A stretch of 64,000 bases of DNA from the sequence record NC_019503.1; one strand, written 5' to 3'. The stretch comes from Escherichia phage ime09. Numbering within the stretch: position 1 is the stretch's first letter; the number at the start of each line of letters is the position of its first letter. The notes beneath the pieces were generated by a model that was given only the letters and a program-made list of their open reading frames with translations, searched no databases and was not told the DNA's origin. Of this stretch, positions 37,668 through 47,494 are shown one piece after another. The translations under genes and the position numbers were made by a program.

Positions 37668-39233
37668 ATGACTATCAAAACTAAAGCTGAACTTTTGAAC
37701 AAATGGAAACCATTACTGGAAGGTGAAGGTTTACCGGAAATTGCTAATAGCAAACAAGCGATTATCGCTAAAATCTTTGAAAACCAGGAAAAAGATTTCC
37801 AGACAGCTCCAGAGTACAAAGACGAAAAAATTGCTCAGGCATTCGGTTCTTTCTTAACAGAAGCTGAAATCGGTGGTGACCATGGTTACAATGCTACTAA
37901 CATCGCTGCAGGTCAGACTTCTGGCGCAGTAACTCAGATTGGCCCAGCTGTTATGGGTATGGTACGTCGTGCTATTCCTAACCTGATTGCTTTCGATATT
38001 TGCGGTGTTCAGCCGATGAACAGCCCGACTGGCCAGGTATTCGCACTGCGTGCAGTATATGGTAAAGACCCAATCGCTGCCGGTGCTAAAGAAGCATTCC
38101 ACCCAATGTATGGTCCAGATGCAATGTTCTCTGGTCAGGGTGCTGCTAAGAAATTCCCGGCTCTGGCTGCTAGCACAGAAACCACAGTAGGTGATATCTA
38201 TACTCACTTCTTCCAGGACACTGGTACTGTGTATCTGCAGGCTTCTGCTCAAGTAACAATTAGTGCAAGCGCAACTGATGCAGCTAAATTAGATGCTGAA
38301 ATTAAGAAACAAATGGAAGCTGGTGCATTGGTAGAAATCGCTGAAGGTATGGCTACTTCTATCGCTGAACTCCAGGAAGGTTTCAACGGTTCTACCGATA
38401 ACCCATGGAATGAAATGGGCTTCCGTATCGATAAACAAGTTATCGAAGCTAAATCTCGCCAGCTGAAAGCTGCTTACTCTATCGAATTAGCACAAGACCT
38501 CCGCGCTGTTCACGGTATGGATGCTGATGCTGAACTGTCTGGTATTCTGGCTACCGAAATCATGCTGGAAATCAACCGTGAAGTTGTTGATTGGATTAAC
38601 TACTCGGCTCAGGTTGGTAAATCTGGTATGACCCTGACTCCAGGTTCTAAAGCTGGTGTATTTGACTTCCAGGATCCGATTGATATTCGTGGTGCTCGCT
38701 GGGCGGGTGAATCCTTTAAAGCTCTGTTGTTCCAGATTGACAAAGAAGCAGTTGAAATTGCTCGTCAGACCGGTCGTGGTGAAGGTAACTTCATTATCGC
38801 TTCCCGTAACGTAGTTAACGTTCTGGCTTCAGTTGATACTGGCATTTCTTATGCTGCACAGGGTCTGGCTACCGGCTTTAACACTGATACTACCAAGTCA
38901 GTATTTGCTGGTGTTCTGGGTGGTAAATACCGTGTATATATCGACCAGTATGCTAAACAGGATTATTTCACTGTAGGTTATAAAGGTCCGAACGAAATGG
39001 ATGCTGGTATTTACTATGCTCCATATGTAGCTCTGACTCCGCTGCGTGGTTCCGATCCGAAGAACTTCCAACCAGTAATGGGATTCAAAACTCGTTACGG
39101 TATCGGTATCAACCCATTTGCAGAATCCGCTGCTCAGGCTCCGGCTTCTCGCATTCAAAGCGGTATGCCTTCTATTCTGAATAGCCTTGGTAAAAACGCT
39201 TACTTCCGCCGTGTATATGTTAAAGGTATCTAA
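37668..39233 (+). CDS. 23: major capsid protein
   Basis: 521 aa, MTIKTKAELLNKWKPLLEGEG.. recognised as T4 gp23. Confidence 0.97.
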   Translation: MTIKTKAELLNKWKPLLEGEGLPEIANSKQAIIAKIFENQEKDFQTAPEYKDEKIAQAFGSFLTEAEIGGDHGYNATNIAAGQTSGAVTQIGPAVMGMVRRAIPNLIAFDICGVQPMNSPTGQVFALRAVYGKDPIAAGAKEAFHPMYGPDAMFSGQGAAKKFPALAASTETTVGDIYTHFFQDTGTVYLQASAQVTISASATDAAKLDAEIKKQMEAGALVEIAEGMATSIAELQEGFNGSTDNPWNEMGFRIDKQVIEAKSRQLKAAYSIELAQDLRAVHGMDADAELSGILATEIMLEINREVVDWINYSAQVGKSGMTLTPGSKAGVFDFQDPIDIRGARWAGESFKALLFQIDKEAVEIARQTGRGEGNFIIASRNVVNVLASVDTGISYAAQGLATGFNTDTTKSVFAGVLGGKYRVYIDQYAKQDYFTVGYKGPNEMDAGIYYAPYVALTPLRGSDPKNFQPVMGFKTRYGIGINPFAESAAQAPASRIQSGMPSILNSLGKNAYFRRVYVKGI

Positions 39234-39248
39234 TCTTTGACGATTTAA

Positions 39249-39275
39249 GGGACCTTCGGGTCCCTTTAGTTGTTT
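39249..39275 (+). terminator. CUUCGG-loop hairpin plus T-tract after gene 23
   Basis: GGGACCTTCGGGTCCC followed by TTTAGTTGTTTTT. Confidence 0.6.
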
Positions 39276-39281
39276 TTATGG

Positions 39282-39289
39282 TATAAATA
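39282..39289 (+). promoter_or_regulatory. late promoter box TATAAATA (gene 24)
   Basis: Exact TATAAATA about 28 nt upstream of ATG, after the gene 23 terminator. Confidence 0.6.
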
Positions 39290-39316
39290 AATCATATAAA
39301 CCAAAAGGAAAGCGCA

Positions 39317-40600
39317 ATGGCTAAAATCAACGAACTTCTGCGCGAATCAACCACAACGAATAGCAACTCAATCGGTCGCCCAAATCTCGTTGCTTTGACT
39401 CGCGCTACCACTAAATTAATATATTCTGACATTGTAGCAACGCAAAGAACTAATCAACCTGTTGCTGCTTTTTATGGTATCAAATACCTTAATCCAGATA
39501 ACGAATTTACATTTAAAACTGGTGCTACTTACGCTGGCGAAGCTGGATATGTAGACCGAGAACAAATCACAGAATTAACAGAAGAGTCTAAATTAACTCT
39601 CAATAAAGGCGATTTATTCAAATATAATAATATCGTTTATAAAGTATTAGAAGATACACCATTTGCTGATATTGAAGAAAGCGATTTAGAATTAGCTCTT
39701 CAGATTGCAATTGTTCTTTTAAAGGTTCGTTTATTTTCTGATGCTGCAGTAACAAGCAAATTTGAAAGCTCTGATAGTGAAATTGCGGATGCTAGATTCC
39801 AGATTAATAAATGGCAAACCGCAGTTAAATCTCGTAAACTTAAAACTGGCATTACGGTTGAATTAGCACAAGATTTAGAAGCAAATGGATTCGATGCTCC
39901 TAATTTCTTGGAAGATTTGCTTGCAACTGAAATGGCGGATGAAATCAATAAAGATATTCTGCAGTCTTTGATTACAGTGTCAAAACGCTATAAAGTTACA
40001 GGAATTACTGATACTGGATTCATTGATTTGAGTTATGCATCTGCACCTGAAGCTGGTCGTTCATTATACCGAATGGTGTGTGAAATGGTTTCGCATATCC
40101 AAAAAGAATCAACTTATACTGCAACGTTCTGTGTTGCTTCAGCTCGTGCCGCTGCGATTCTTGCTGCATCAGGTTGGTTAAAACATAAACCAGAAGATGA
40201 TAAATATCTTTCACAAAATGCCTACGGGTTCTTAGCTAATGGTTTACCGCTTTATTGCGATACTAACAGCCCATTAGATTATGTAATCGTTGGTGTAGTA
40301 GAAAATATCGGTGAAAAAGAAATTGTTGGATCAATTTTCTATGCTCCGTATACAGAAGGTCTTGACTTAGATGACCCTGAACATGTAGGTGCATTTAAAG
40401 TTGTAGTTGATCCAGAAAGTTTGCAGCCATCTATCGGTTTATTAGTTAGATATGCTTTATCTGCAAATCCTTACACTGTAGCAAAAGATGAAAAAGAAGC
40501 AAGAGTAATTGATGGTGGAGACATGGATAAAATGGCGGGTCGTTCAGATTTGTCTGTTTTATTAGGTGTTAAGCTACCAAAAATTATCGTTGATGAATAA
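39317..40600 (+). CDS. 24: capsid vertex protein
   Basis: 427 aa paralog of gp23; TATAAATA late promoter upstream. Confidence 0.95.
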   Translation: MAKINELLRESTTTNSNSIGRPNLVALTRATTKLIYSDIVATQRTNQPVAAFYGIKYLNPDNEFTFKTGATYAGEAGYVDREQITELTEESKLTLNKGDLFKYNNIVYKVLEDTPFADIEESDLELALQIAIVLLKVRLFSDAAVTSKFESSDSEIADARFQINKWQTAVKSRKLKTGITVELAQDLEANGFDAPNFLEDLLATEMADEINKDILQSLITVSKRYKVTGITDTGFIDLSYASAPEAGRSLYRMVCEMVSHIQKESTYTATFCVASARAAAILAASGWLKHKPEDDKYLSQNAYGFLANGLPLYCDTNSPLDYVIVGVVENIGEKEIVGSIFYAPYTEGLDLDDPEHVGAFKVVVDPESLQPSIGLLVRYALSANPYTVAKDEKEARVIDGGDMDKMAGRSDLSVLLGVKLPKIIVDE

Positions 40601-40607
40601 AACAAAG

Positions 40608-40630
40608 GGACCGAAAGGTCCCTTTTTATT
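40608..40630. terminator. bidirectional hairpin between convergent genes 24 and rnlB
   Basis: GGGACCGAAAGGTCCC followed by TTTTTATTT. Confidence 0.55.
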
Positions 40631-41634
40631 TAACTTACCAATTCAATCCAAGCCGGACGAAGTACATCTTGTACCATTTTAACTAATTCCTTCTTAATCA
40701 AAGAAGGATTATCCGCTTGAGCTAAAGTAATACCTTCACGAGAAGTTTCTTCCAAAATATCTTGAACAGTTAGTCCCATCACCTTTCCAAAATCTTTTGG
40801 ACCAATTTCGCCAATTTTAGAAATAACGTTATTTACTCGGTTCAGTGTAACGTAGCAAGCTAAAATTCCAACCAATTTGTTATCAGCTTCTGACAGTTCA
40901 ACTTTAGCTTTAATAGGCTTATCAGACTTTTTCTTTTCACTAAATTTAGAGTTCTTGCATTTGATGGCTACACGATTGCGATTAGGCAGCCAAGAAGGAT
41001 AACAAGGTTTCAATACATATCCTTCAGCGGTAAATACTTCGCCTTTTGCTTCAGCATTCCAAACGCATTTATTTGCATCAACTAATCCAGCATGGTCTAC
41101 CGTAAAATTATAATCCTGTACGACAGAATCTAAATCATTTGGCAATTTAATCAGCTCTTCAAATTTACCGCGACCTAAAAGTGGAGCCATTTTAAATTTA
41201 AATGTATTACAGAATGATTCCATCATATAATCATCGACATAAGTTACATCACCACTTTCTGTAGTAACAATAATGTCAAATACATAAAAGTCTTTATCGC
41301 CATAATCGACATTCTTCTGAATGCCAGGTCCGGCGAATTCACCAAAGACTTGATAAGATACAACTGCTGAAGTTTCCATAATATCTTGCACTGCTTTAAT
41401 GGAATCAGCGTAATTCTTCAAAATAATTTCATACCCAAAGAAATCTTCAGCAGGAAGAATAGGACCAGTACGTTTAGCACAAGTTACTTTATCACGCTCA
41501 ATAATTAGCGAGAAATTTGTACCATGAATCTTTTCACGAGCTACCCATTCGCCGCCAGTCAATCCTAAACTGTAAAGTTTTTCAATGAATTTAGAATTGT
41601 AATGATTTTCAAGACTGCTATACTTTTTAAACAT
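40630..41634 (-). CDS. rnlB: RNA ligase 2
   Basis: 334 aa; nucleotidyltransferase lysine motif in EKIHGTNFS near N-terminus; position after gene 24 as in T4. Confidence 0.85.
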   Translation of the reverse strand: MFKKYSSLENHYNSKFIEKLYSLGLTGGEWVAREKIHGTNFSLIIERDKVTCAKRTGPILPAEDFFGYEIILKNYADSIKAVQDIMETSAVVSYQVFGEFAGPGIQKNVDYGDKDFYVFDIIVTTESGDVTYVDDYMMESFCNTFKFKMAPLLGRGKFEELIKLPNDLDSVVQDYNFTVDHAGLVDANKCVWNAEAKGEVFTAEGYVLKPCYPSWLPNRNRVAIKCKNSKFSEKKKSDKPIKAKVELSEADNKLVGILACYVTLNRVNNVISKIGEIGPKDFGKVMGLTVQDILEETSREGITLAQADNPSLIKKELVKMVQDVLRPAWIELVS

Positions 41635-41643
41635 AATTAATCC

Positions 41644-41922
41644 TCAAAATGTAATTTCTAACCAATCACCATCACGCTGATCACTATTGACTTTAAAGCT
41701 AAATCCTTCTTTTCTCAGCCAATCACCAATTTCTTCAGTAATCAATTTATCGCGAGCAGTACAATAATAACTAAAATATGTTTTACCTTGTTCAGCTGCT
41801 TTATTAGCAAGTTCCGAAAAATCTTTAATAAAACACTCTAGCTTAAACTGTTTACTTTTAAGTGCTTTTTCACGTAATTGATTAGCAAAAGATTCATTTT
41901 CATAAAGATCATACTGTTCCAT
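41644..41922 (-). CDS. hypothetical protein (24.2-like position)
   Basis: 92 aa ORF between rnlB and hoc. Confidence 0.5.
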   Translation of the reverse strand: MEQYDLYENESFANQLREKALKSKQFKLECFIKDFSELANKAAEQGKTYFSYYCTARDKLITEEIGDWLRKEGFSFKVNSDQRDGDWLEITF

Positions 41923-42124
41923 TTTTCACCTTTTTATTAATATGCCTTTTTCTATAGACAACTTTTTCTCGAGTTTCAAATTTATTCTTAGCAGTCATAG
42001 CTCGAGCCCATAATACAGCCACTTCCTTTGCCTGTAAGTTCAATTCACGAGCAATTTCAATGAATGACTTTCCAGACTCATGAAGAGTAAACACCACAAC
42101 CTCAGTTCTCATAATCAATCTCAT
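41909..42124 (-). CDS. hypothetical small basic protein (24.3-like position)
   Basis: 71 aa ORF, basic C-terminus. Confidence 0.4.
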   Translation of the reverse strand: MRLIMRTEVVVFTLHESGKSFIEIARELNLQAKEVAVLWARAMTAKNKFETREKVVYRKRHINKKVKNGTV

Positions 42125-42193
42125 GTTATCGAGTTGGTGCCATTATATACATCATTTTCTGAGTGTGTTTTGTGTGCTTTCAAAATGAAGAAA

Positions 42194-42207
42194 GGGGCCG
42201 AAGCCCC
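42194..42207 (-). terminator. UUCG-tetraloop hairpin 3' of hoc (RNA stability/processing element)
   Basis: Minus strand GGGGCUUCGGCCCC; identical hairpins at 1487-1500 and 62723-62736. Confidence 0.4.
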
Positions 42208-42213
42208 TTATGA

Positions 42214-43632
42214 TTATGGATAGGTATAGATGATACCAGTTTCTAAAGCAGTTTTATGAATGATGTATCCATTACGTGATTCTTGAACATCAACTTCTGG
42301 ATAGTCTTTCATCATCTTCTGAAGAGTGTAACGATGCAGGTAGTATTTACTATCTGGATCTTCAGTTTTCCAATCTTTACCTTCTTCGGTCATTTTTTGG
42401 ATTTCATCCATAACCCACCAACCGCACCAGATATAAGCCGAAGTACGATGTGGAAGAGGATGAACATAAGGCAATTCACCTTCTGGTTCTGGAGCAACTT
42501 TATCAGTTACCTGAACTTGACCTTCTGCTGTGATAGTTTTGCTATCATAATCAGTAGCAGTAACAGTTGCAGTAACTTCAATAGTTTGACTTCCAATAGA
42601 TGATGTATCAACCGTGTATACATTAGTTGACCCTTCTACTGGAGAAGAATCTTTCTTCCATGAATATTCGATTTGTGCTTCTTCTGGAGCATCCGTAACA
42701 TTAGCAGTAAATGTAGCCGAAGCATCTTGCTGAACGTTAATAGAAGGAGGAGTCAATGTAACCTGTGGATTCATTGTTTTCTTATTAACAGTCAATGATA
42801 CTTCATTAGAAGTAACTTCCTTTTCATTGTAATTTTCTGCAGTTACTTGAGCTACACACTTAACTGTTTTAGCTCCAACTGTGGTAGGAGTATAGTTAAA
42901 TGTAGTAGTAGTTTCTCCATCGACCAGAGAACCGTCAACATACCACTGATACGTAGCAGACGCTCCTGGTGGCTGTGAAGCCAAGGCAGCAGTAAATTGA
43001 ACTGGGGTTCCAATTACCCCGGCAGCAGGATTAGCAGGAGTTACTGCCAAGGTAGTCGTCTGCGTCTTCTTATTAACTGTTAATGATACTTCATTAGAAG
43101 TAACGCTTAGTGTATCATAATCTGCCGCAGTTACTTGAGCTACACACTTGATTTTTTTAACTCCGCTTGTGTCAGGAGTGTAATTGAATGTAGCGTCAGT
43201 TGCTTCGTCTACAGGAGAACCGTCAACGTGCCATTGATACGTAGCGTTTGCACCTGATGGCTGTGAAGCTAAGGCAGCGGTAAATTCAATTGGAGTTCCA
43301 ATCACTCCAGCATCAGGGCTACCAGGAGTTACAGCTAAAGTAGTTGTTTGTGTCTTATTTTGAACTGTGATAGTTGTACTAATTTCTGCTGTTTCAGGTT
43401 CAGATTCTGCAACTTGATTGGTTGCAACTACTTTAATAGTCTTTTGACCGGCAGGTCCTTTTAGTACATAACTAAAAGTTGCTGACGTTTCTTCCTGTGG
43501 AGCGTCGTCTACAGTCCAAGCATATGTAATAGGTCCATCTCCAGTTTGACCACTGGGTGTAGCAGTAAACTGCTGAGTCTGATCTATAACTCCAGTAGGT
43601 GTTTTAGGAGTTATATCAACTGTAAAAGCCAT
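42214..43632 (-). CDS. hoc: Hoc outer capsid decoration protein, 472 aa with one more Ig-like domain than T4 Hoc
   Basis: N-terminus ..FTVDITPKTPTGVID.. and C-terminal capsid-binding region as T4 Hoc; two consecutive ~97-aa Ig-like modules both starting TQTTTLAVTP. Confidence 0.9.
   Translation of the reverse strand: MAFTVDITPKTPTGVIDQTQQFTATPSGQTGDGPITYAWTVDDAPQEETSATFSYVLKGPAGQKTIKVVATNQVAESEPETAEISTTITVQNKTQTTTLAVTPGSPDAGVIGTPIEFTAALASQPSGANATYQWHVDGSPVDEATDATFNYTPDTSGVKKIKCVAQVTAADYDTLSVTSNEVSLTVNKKTQTTTLAVTPANPAAGVIGTPVQFTAALASQPPGASATYQWYVDGSLVDGETTTTFNYTPTTVGAKTVKCVAQVTAENYNEKEVTSNEVSLTVNKKTMNPQVTLTPPSINVQQDASATFTANVTDAPEEAQIEYSWKKDSSPVEGSTNVYTVDTSSIGSQTIEVTATVTATDYDSKTITAEGQVQVTDKVAPEPEGELPYVHPLPHRTSAYIWCGWWVMDEIQKMTEEGKDWKTEDPDSKYYLHRYTLQKMMKDYPEVDVQESRNGYIIHKTALETGIIYTYP
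42778..43359 (-). repeat. in-frame tandem duplication (2 x 291 bp) inside hoc, one Ig-like domain per copy
   Basis: Copies at about 42778-43068 and 43069-43359 align at DNA level with scattered substitutions. Confidence 0.8.
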
Positions 43633-43641
43633 AAGTTATCC

Positions 43642-44322
43642 TTATTTTAATGTTACGAAAGAAGAATTGCGTGTTTCACGAATTAGAACTGATCCGTCAC
43701 GGTTAATGTAGTAAATTAAGCTAAATAAAGTTTGATGTGCCGACGCGTGTTCAAAACTAGTTGGGTGAGATTTCCAATCCGGAGTTTCAGCAATCCACTG
43801 GTAAATCCACCAAGGAACAGTGCAGAATCCTGGATTTTTTCCAATCAGCTGAAGATTCGGACTAAAGTTTTCCGGAAGAGTAAATACAGACGGCTTTTCA
43901 GATTCAATAATCTCAGCTACAGCCTGTTCGAATTTTTCTTCAACAAAAGGAGTATCTTCAATCAAAACATCGGTATTTTCGGGAATTTTATCCATTTCGA
44001 CTACTTCAATTTTAATGTCAGATTTAACCGGAGAATCAATCAGAAGTGCTGCTTCTGGATTGACTTCTTCATCGTCATATTTTAATCCCTCTGCGGCATC
44101 AGCAGCATTGATTAAGTCTTTAATAGATAACCCATCAGTCTCTGGCATAGGTTCACTAGCGAGCTTCTGGAGGGCTTCTTCAATATCATTAACGATATTA
44201 TCAAAAGATTTATTCTTTTTGACCTTTATACCAAACTGTTCAGCATATTCAGCTAATTTAGCCTTAGCTTCTTTATTATCATCAAGAGCCTTCAGCTCTG
44301 CAATATAATCTTTATCTATCAT
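43642..44322 (-). CDS. inh: Inh, inhibitor of prohead protease
   Basis: 226 aa, position between hoc and uvsW as in T4. Confidence 0.8.
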   Translation of the reverse strand: MIDKDYIAELKALDDNKEAKAKLAEYAEQFGIKVKKNKSFDNIVNDIEEALQKLASEPMPETDGLSIKDLINAADAAEGLKYDDEEVNPEAALLIDSPVKSDIKIEVVEMDKIPENTDVLIEDTPFVEEKFEQAVAEIIESEKPSVFTLPENFSPNLQLIGKNPGFCTVPWWIYQWIAETPDWKSHPTSFEHASAHQTLFSLIYYINRDGSVLIRETRNSSFVTLK

Positions 44323-44335
44323 AATATTTCCTCAG

Positions 44336-44343
44336 TATAAATA
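44336..44343 (+). promoter_or_regulatory. late promoter box TATAAATA (uvsW)
   Basis: Exact TATAAATA about 30 nt upstream of ATG. Confidence 0.55.
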
Positions 44344-44372
44344 TAGATATATTTATTACATGGTATTTAGAC

Positions 44373-45884
44373 ATGACTGACATTAAAGTACATTTTTATG
44401 ATTTTAGTCACGTGAGAATTGATTGTGAAGAAAGTACATTTCATGAACTCCGTGATTTCTTTAGCTTCGAAGCTGATGGGTATCGTTTTAATCCGAAATA
44501 CAAGTATGGTCACTGGGATGGACGAATCCGTCTATTAGATTATAATCGCCTTCTTCCGTTTGGTTTAGTCGGGCAAATTAAAAAGTTCTGCGATAACTTT
44601 GGCTATAAAGCTTGGATTGACCCGCAAATTAACGAAAAAGAAGAATTATCAAGAAAAGATTTTGATGAATGGCTTTCTAAGTTAGAAATCTATTCAGGAA
44701 ATAAAAGAATTGAACCACACTGGTATCAAAAAGATGCAGTGTTCGAAGGATTAGTTAATCGTCGTAGAATTCTTAATCTTCCAACATCCGCAGGTAAATC
44801 TTTAATTCAAGCTTTGCTTGCACGTTATTATTTGGAAAATTATGAAGGTAAAATTCTTATCATTGTTCCAACAACTGCTTTAACAACTCAGATGGCTGAT
44901 GACTTTGTTGATTATCGTTTATTCAGTCATGCAATGATAAAGAAAATCGGCGGCGGAGCATCAAAAGATGATAAATATAAAAATGATGCACCGGTAATTG
45001 TTGGTACATGGCAAACTGTAGTAAAACAACCAAAAGAATGGTTCTCACAGTTTGGAATGATGATGAATGATGAATGCCATCTTGCCACAGGAAAAAGTAT
45101 TTCATCTATCATATCAGGTTTAAATAACTGCATGTTTAAATTTGGTTTGTCCGGTTCATTGCGTGATGGCAAAGCTAATATCATGCAGTATGTTGGAATG
45201 TTTGGTGAAATATTTAAGCCAGTAACGACTTCTAAATTAATGGAAGATGGACAAGTAACTGAGTTAAAAATTAATAGTATTTTTCTTCGCTATCCCGATG
45301 AGTTCACTACTAAATTAAAGGGAAAAACTTACCAAGAAGAAATAAAAATTATTACTGGGCTCAGTAAAAGAAATAAATGGATCGCTAAATTAGCTATTAA
45401 GCTTGCACAAAAAGATGAAAACGCTTTTGTCATGTTTAAACACGTATCACACGGTAAAGCTATTTTCGATTTAATTAAAAATGAATACGATAAAGTTTAT
45501 TACGTATCAGGGGAAGTTGATACCGAAACACGCAACGTAATGAAAACCCTAGCTGAAAACGGTAAAGGAATAATTATAGTAGCTAGTTATGGTGTATTTT
45601 CTACTGGTATTTCAGTTAAAAATCTGCATCACGTTGTTTTAGCACACGGTGTTAAATCTAAAATTATTGTATTGCAAACAATAGGTCGCGTATTACGTAA
45701 GCATGGTTCCAAAACAATCGCAACGGTCTGGGACCTCATTGACGATTGTGGCGTTAAACCAAAATCTGCTAATACGAAAAAGAAATATGTTCATTTGAAC
45801 TATCTTTTAAAACACGGCATTGATCGTATTCAGCGCTACGCAGATGAAAAATTTAATTACGTAATGAAAACAGTTAATTTATAA
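44373..45884 (+). CDS. uvsW: UvsW RNA-DNA / DNA helicase
   Basis: 503 aa; Walker A PTSAGKS, DEAH-like MMNDECH motif; TATAAATA late promoter upstream. Confidence 0.9.
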   Translation: MTDIKVHFYDFSHVRIDCEESTFHELRDFFSFEADGYRFNPKYKYGHWDGRIRLLDYNRLLPFGLVGQIKKFCDNFGYKAWIDPQINEKEELSRKDFDEWLSKLEIYSGNKRIEPHWYQKDAVFEGLVNRRRILNLPTSAGKSLIQALLARYYLENYEGKILIIVPTTALTTQMADDFVDYRLFSHAMIKKIGGGASKDDKYKNDAPVIVGTWQTVVKQPKEWFSQFGMMMNDECHLATGKSISSIISGLNNCMFKFGLSGSLRDGKANIMQYVGMFGEIFKPVTTSKLMEDGQVTELKINSIFLRYPDEFTTKLKGKTYQEEIKIITGLSKRNKWIAKLAIKLAQKDENAFVMFKHVSHGKAIFDLIKNEYDKVYYVSGEVDTETRNVMKTLAENGKGIIIVASYGVFSTGISVKNLHHVVLAHGVKSKIIVLQTIGRVLRKHGSKTIATVWDLIDDCGVKPKSANTKKKYVHLNYLLKHGIDRIQRYADEKFNYVMKTVNL

Positions 45885-45885
45885 G

Positions 45886-45897
45886 GGCTTCGGCCCT
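45886..45897 (+). terminator. CUUCGG hairpin after uvsW (stability/processing element or weak terminator)
   Basis: GGGCTTCGGCCC immediately after the uvsW stop. Confidence 0.4.
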
Positions 45898-46140
45898 TTG
45901 GAGAAAAAGATGTTACTAGAATTTAAACAATTTCTTTATGAAGCTTCTATTGATGAATTTATGGGTAAAATTGCCTCTTGTCAAACATTAGAAGGTCTAG
46001 AAGAACTTGAAGCTTATTACAAGAAAAGAGTTAAAGAAACTGAATTAAAAGATACTGATGACATCTCTGTGAGAGATGCTTTGGCAGGAAAAAGAGCTGA
46101 ATTAGAAGATTCAGACGATGAAGTAGAAGAAAGCTTTTAA
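45898..46140 (+). CDS. uvsW.1: UvsW.1 small acidic protein
   Basis: 80 aa ORF directly after uvsW behind a CUUCGG hairpin. Confidence 0.7.
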   Translation: MEKKMLLEFKQFLYEASIDEFMGKIASCQTLEGLEELEAYYKKRVKETELKDTDDISVRDALAGKRAELEDSDDEVEESF

Positions 46141-46196
46141 ATTAAAAAAGGCCCAACCAAAAAGGAAGGGCCAAAACTATAGACTAAAGGTCACAC

Positions 46197-46361
46197 TATA
46201 GCAAAAGTTGTGTTTCATTTAATTGTTCTTCCGAACTTTCTGAAACTGGTAGTTCTTTAATGTAATTATAACAAGGCCCAGGATGTACAGGACCTTTGTC
46301 TGTTTCAACAACCAATGCAGAATCGATTGGAGTTTTACAGACAACACAAATCTTATCTGAC
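46197..46361 (-). CDS. small Cys-rich protein (CxxC..C, possible zinc ribbon), absent from the ORF track
   Basis: Hand translation of minus strand: MSDKICVVCKTPIDSALVVETDKGPVHPGPCYNYIKELPVSESSEEQLNETQLLL; below the length cutoff of the track. Confidence 0.35.
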
Positions 46362-46391
46362 ATGATTGTCTCCTCTAAATTATATATCTAT

Positions 46392-46616
46392 TTATATAAC
46401 TCTCATATGCATATCAATGCCCATATCTTTGGAATAAAAATATTCATCAAGATATCCGGCAAATTTTCCTTTAACATAAAGTACATCTTCACCACATGGA
46501 TGGTCGGCCAGGATACGAATATCCTGACGCTTGAGATTATACTTTTTCATTAAGAATTGAATTTCCGTTTCAAATTCTTCTTCATAATTAAAAGCATTGA
46601 TGATGCTATATCTCAT
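46392..46616 (-). CDS. hypothetical protein (uvsY.-1/-2 position)
   Basis: 74 aa ORF directly 3' of uvsY. Confidence 0.5.
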   Translation of the reverse strand: MRYSIINAFNYEEEFETEIQFLMKKYNLKRQDIRILADHPCGEDVLYVKGKFAGYLDEYFYSKDMGIDMHMRVI

Positions 46617-47029
46617 TATTTTCCAGCCTCAAATGCTCGCATGTCTTGAATATGCTTAATAGCAAATCCGCGTGATTTAATAGCATCAAGAGCTCCGCTA
46701 CAGAAATCCAATAAAATTCCCCAATATTGTAATGAAGTATCAACTTTTAAAACATCCTTATCAGCTGATAGAACTGTCTTCATTTCTGATTTCTCATAGC
46801 GGTCCATACTAAATTCATCACCATCTCCTCGTCCCGAGTAGTAGTCTAATCTAGCTTTAAGAGCAACTTTTTTCTGTGCGTCAATTCTAAGCATTTCCTT
46901 TTTAATACTTGAATGCTTATTAAGCCATTTGCTATATAACATCACATTATTAGCTGCTTCATACTGTAATTTAGTCGAATCTATAAACACATCTTTCTTC
47001 AATTCTTCTTGAAGATCTTCTAATTTCAT
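46616..47029 (-). CDS. uvsY: UvsY recombination mediator
   Basis: 137 aa, length/position as T4 UvsY. Confidence 0.9.
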   Translation of the reverse strand: MKLEDLQEELKKDVFIDSTKLQYEAANNVMLYSKWLNKHSSIKKEMLRIDAQKKVALKARLDYYSGRGDGDEFSMDRYEKSEMKTVLSADKDVLKVDTSLQYWGILLDFCSGALDAIKSRGFAIKHIQDMRAFEAGK

Positions 47030-47095
47030 ATTGTTCTCTATTCAATTGTTATTGGATGGACTTAGATTCATTATACCACGTTTATACGTGAAGCA

Positions 47096-47494
47096 TTATA
47101 CTCTGTTACTGGAAGCTAGTTGCAGTTTTATCTGCTCAATATCATCAGGGTTATCGATGACCGAAAAGCGTATTTCTACTATCAGAGTATAATCATCATA
47201 AACTGGTATTACATTAACTGCTAATTTATCAATACGTGGCTCGTAGTTTCTTACTGCGCTTTCAATGTTACGCTCAACAGTATCAGCAGTAAGAGGAGTC
47301 ATATTCTCAAAAAGCTGGTCAGATAAATCACATCCAAATTCCGGGTCAAATGGCCTTGACCCTTTCCTGGTTGTAATAATTCCTAAAAGGCTATTTTTAA
47401 TTGACCTTAATCCAAGAGATCTGGAAACGTCTTTGTCCCAATCCATTTTCATTTCTGGGTCAATGTCAGAATAAAGCTTATTAATATTTGCCAT
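47096..47494 (-). CDS. 25: gp25 baseplate wedge protein
   Basis: 132 aa, order as T4. Confidence 0.9.
   Translation of the reverse strand: MANINKLYSDIDPEMKMDWDKDVSRSLGLRSIKNSLLGIITTRKGSRPFDPEFGCDLSDQLFENMTPLTADTVERNIESAVRNYEPRIDKLAVNVIPVYDDYTLIVEIRFSVIDNPDDIEQIKLQLASSNRV

Noticed and set aside
42778-43359. Possible CRISPR-like or satellite repeat
   Set aside because: The 291-bp periodicity is an in-frame protein domain duplication inside hoc, not short direct repeats with unique spacers.
43732-44308. Two plus-strand ORFs (117 and 97 aa)
   Set aside because: Antisense within inh; AT-rich frames without start signals.
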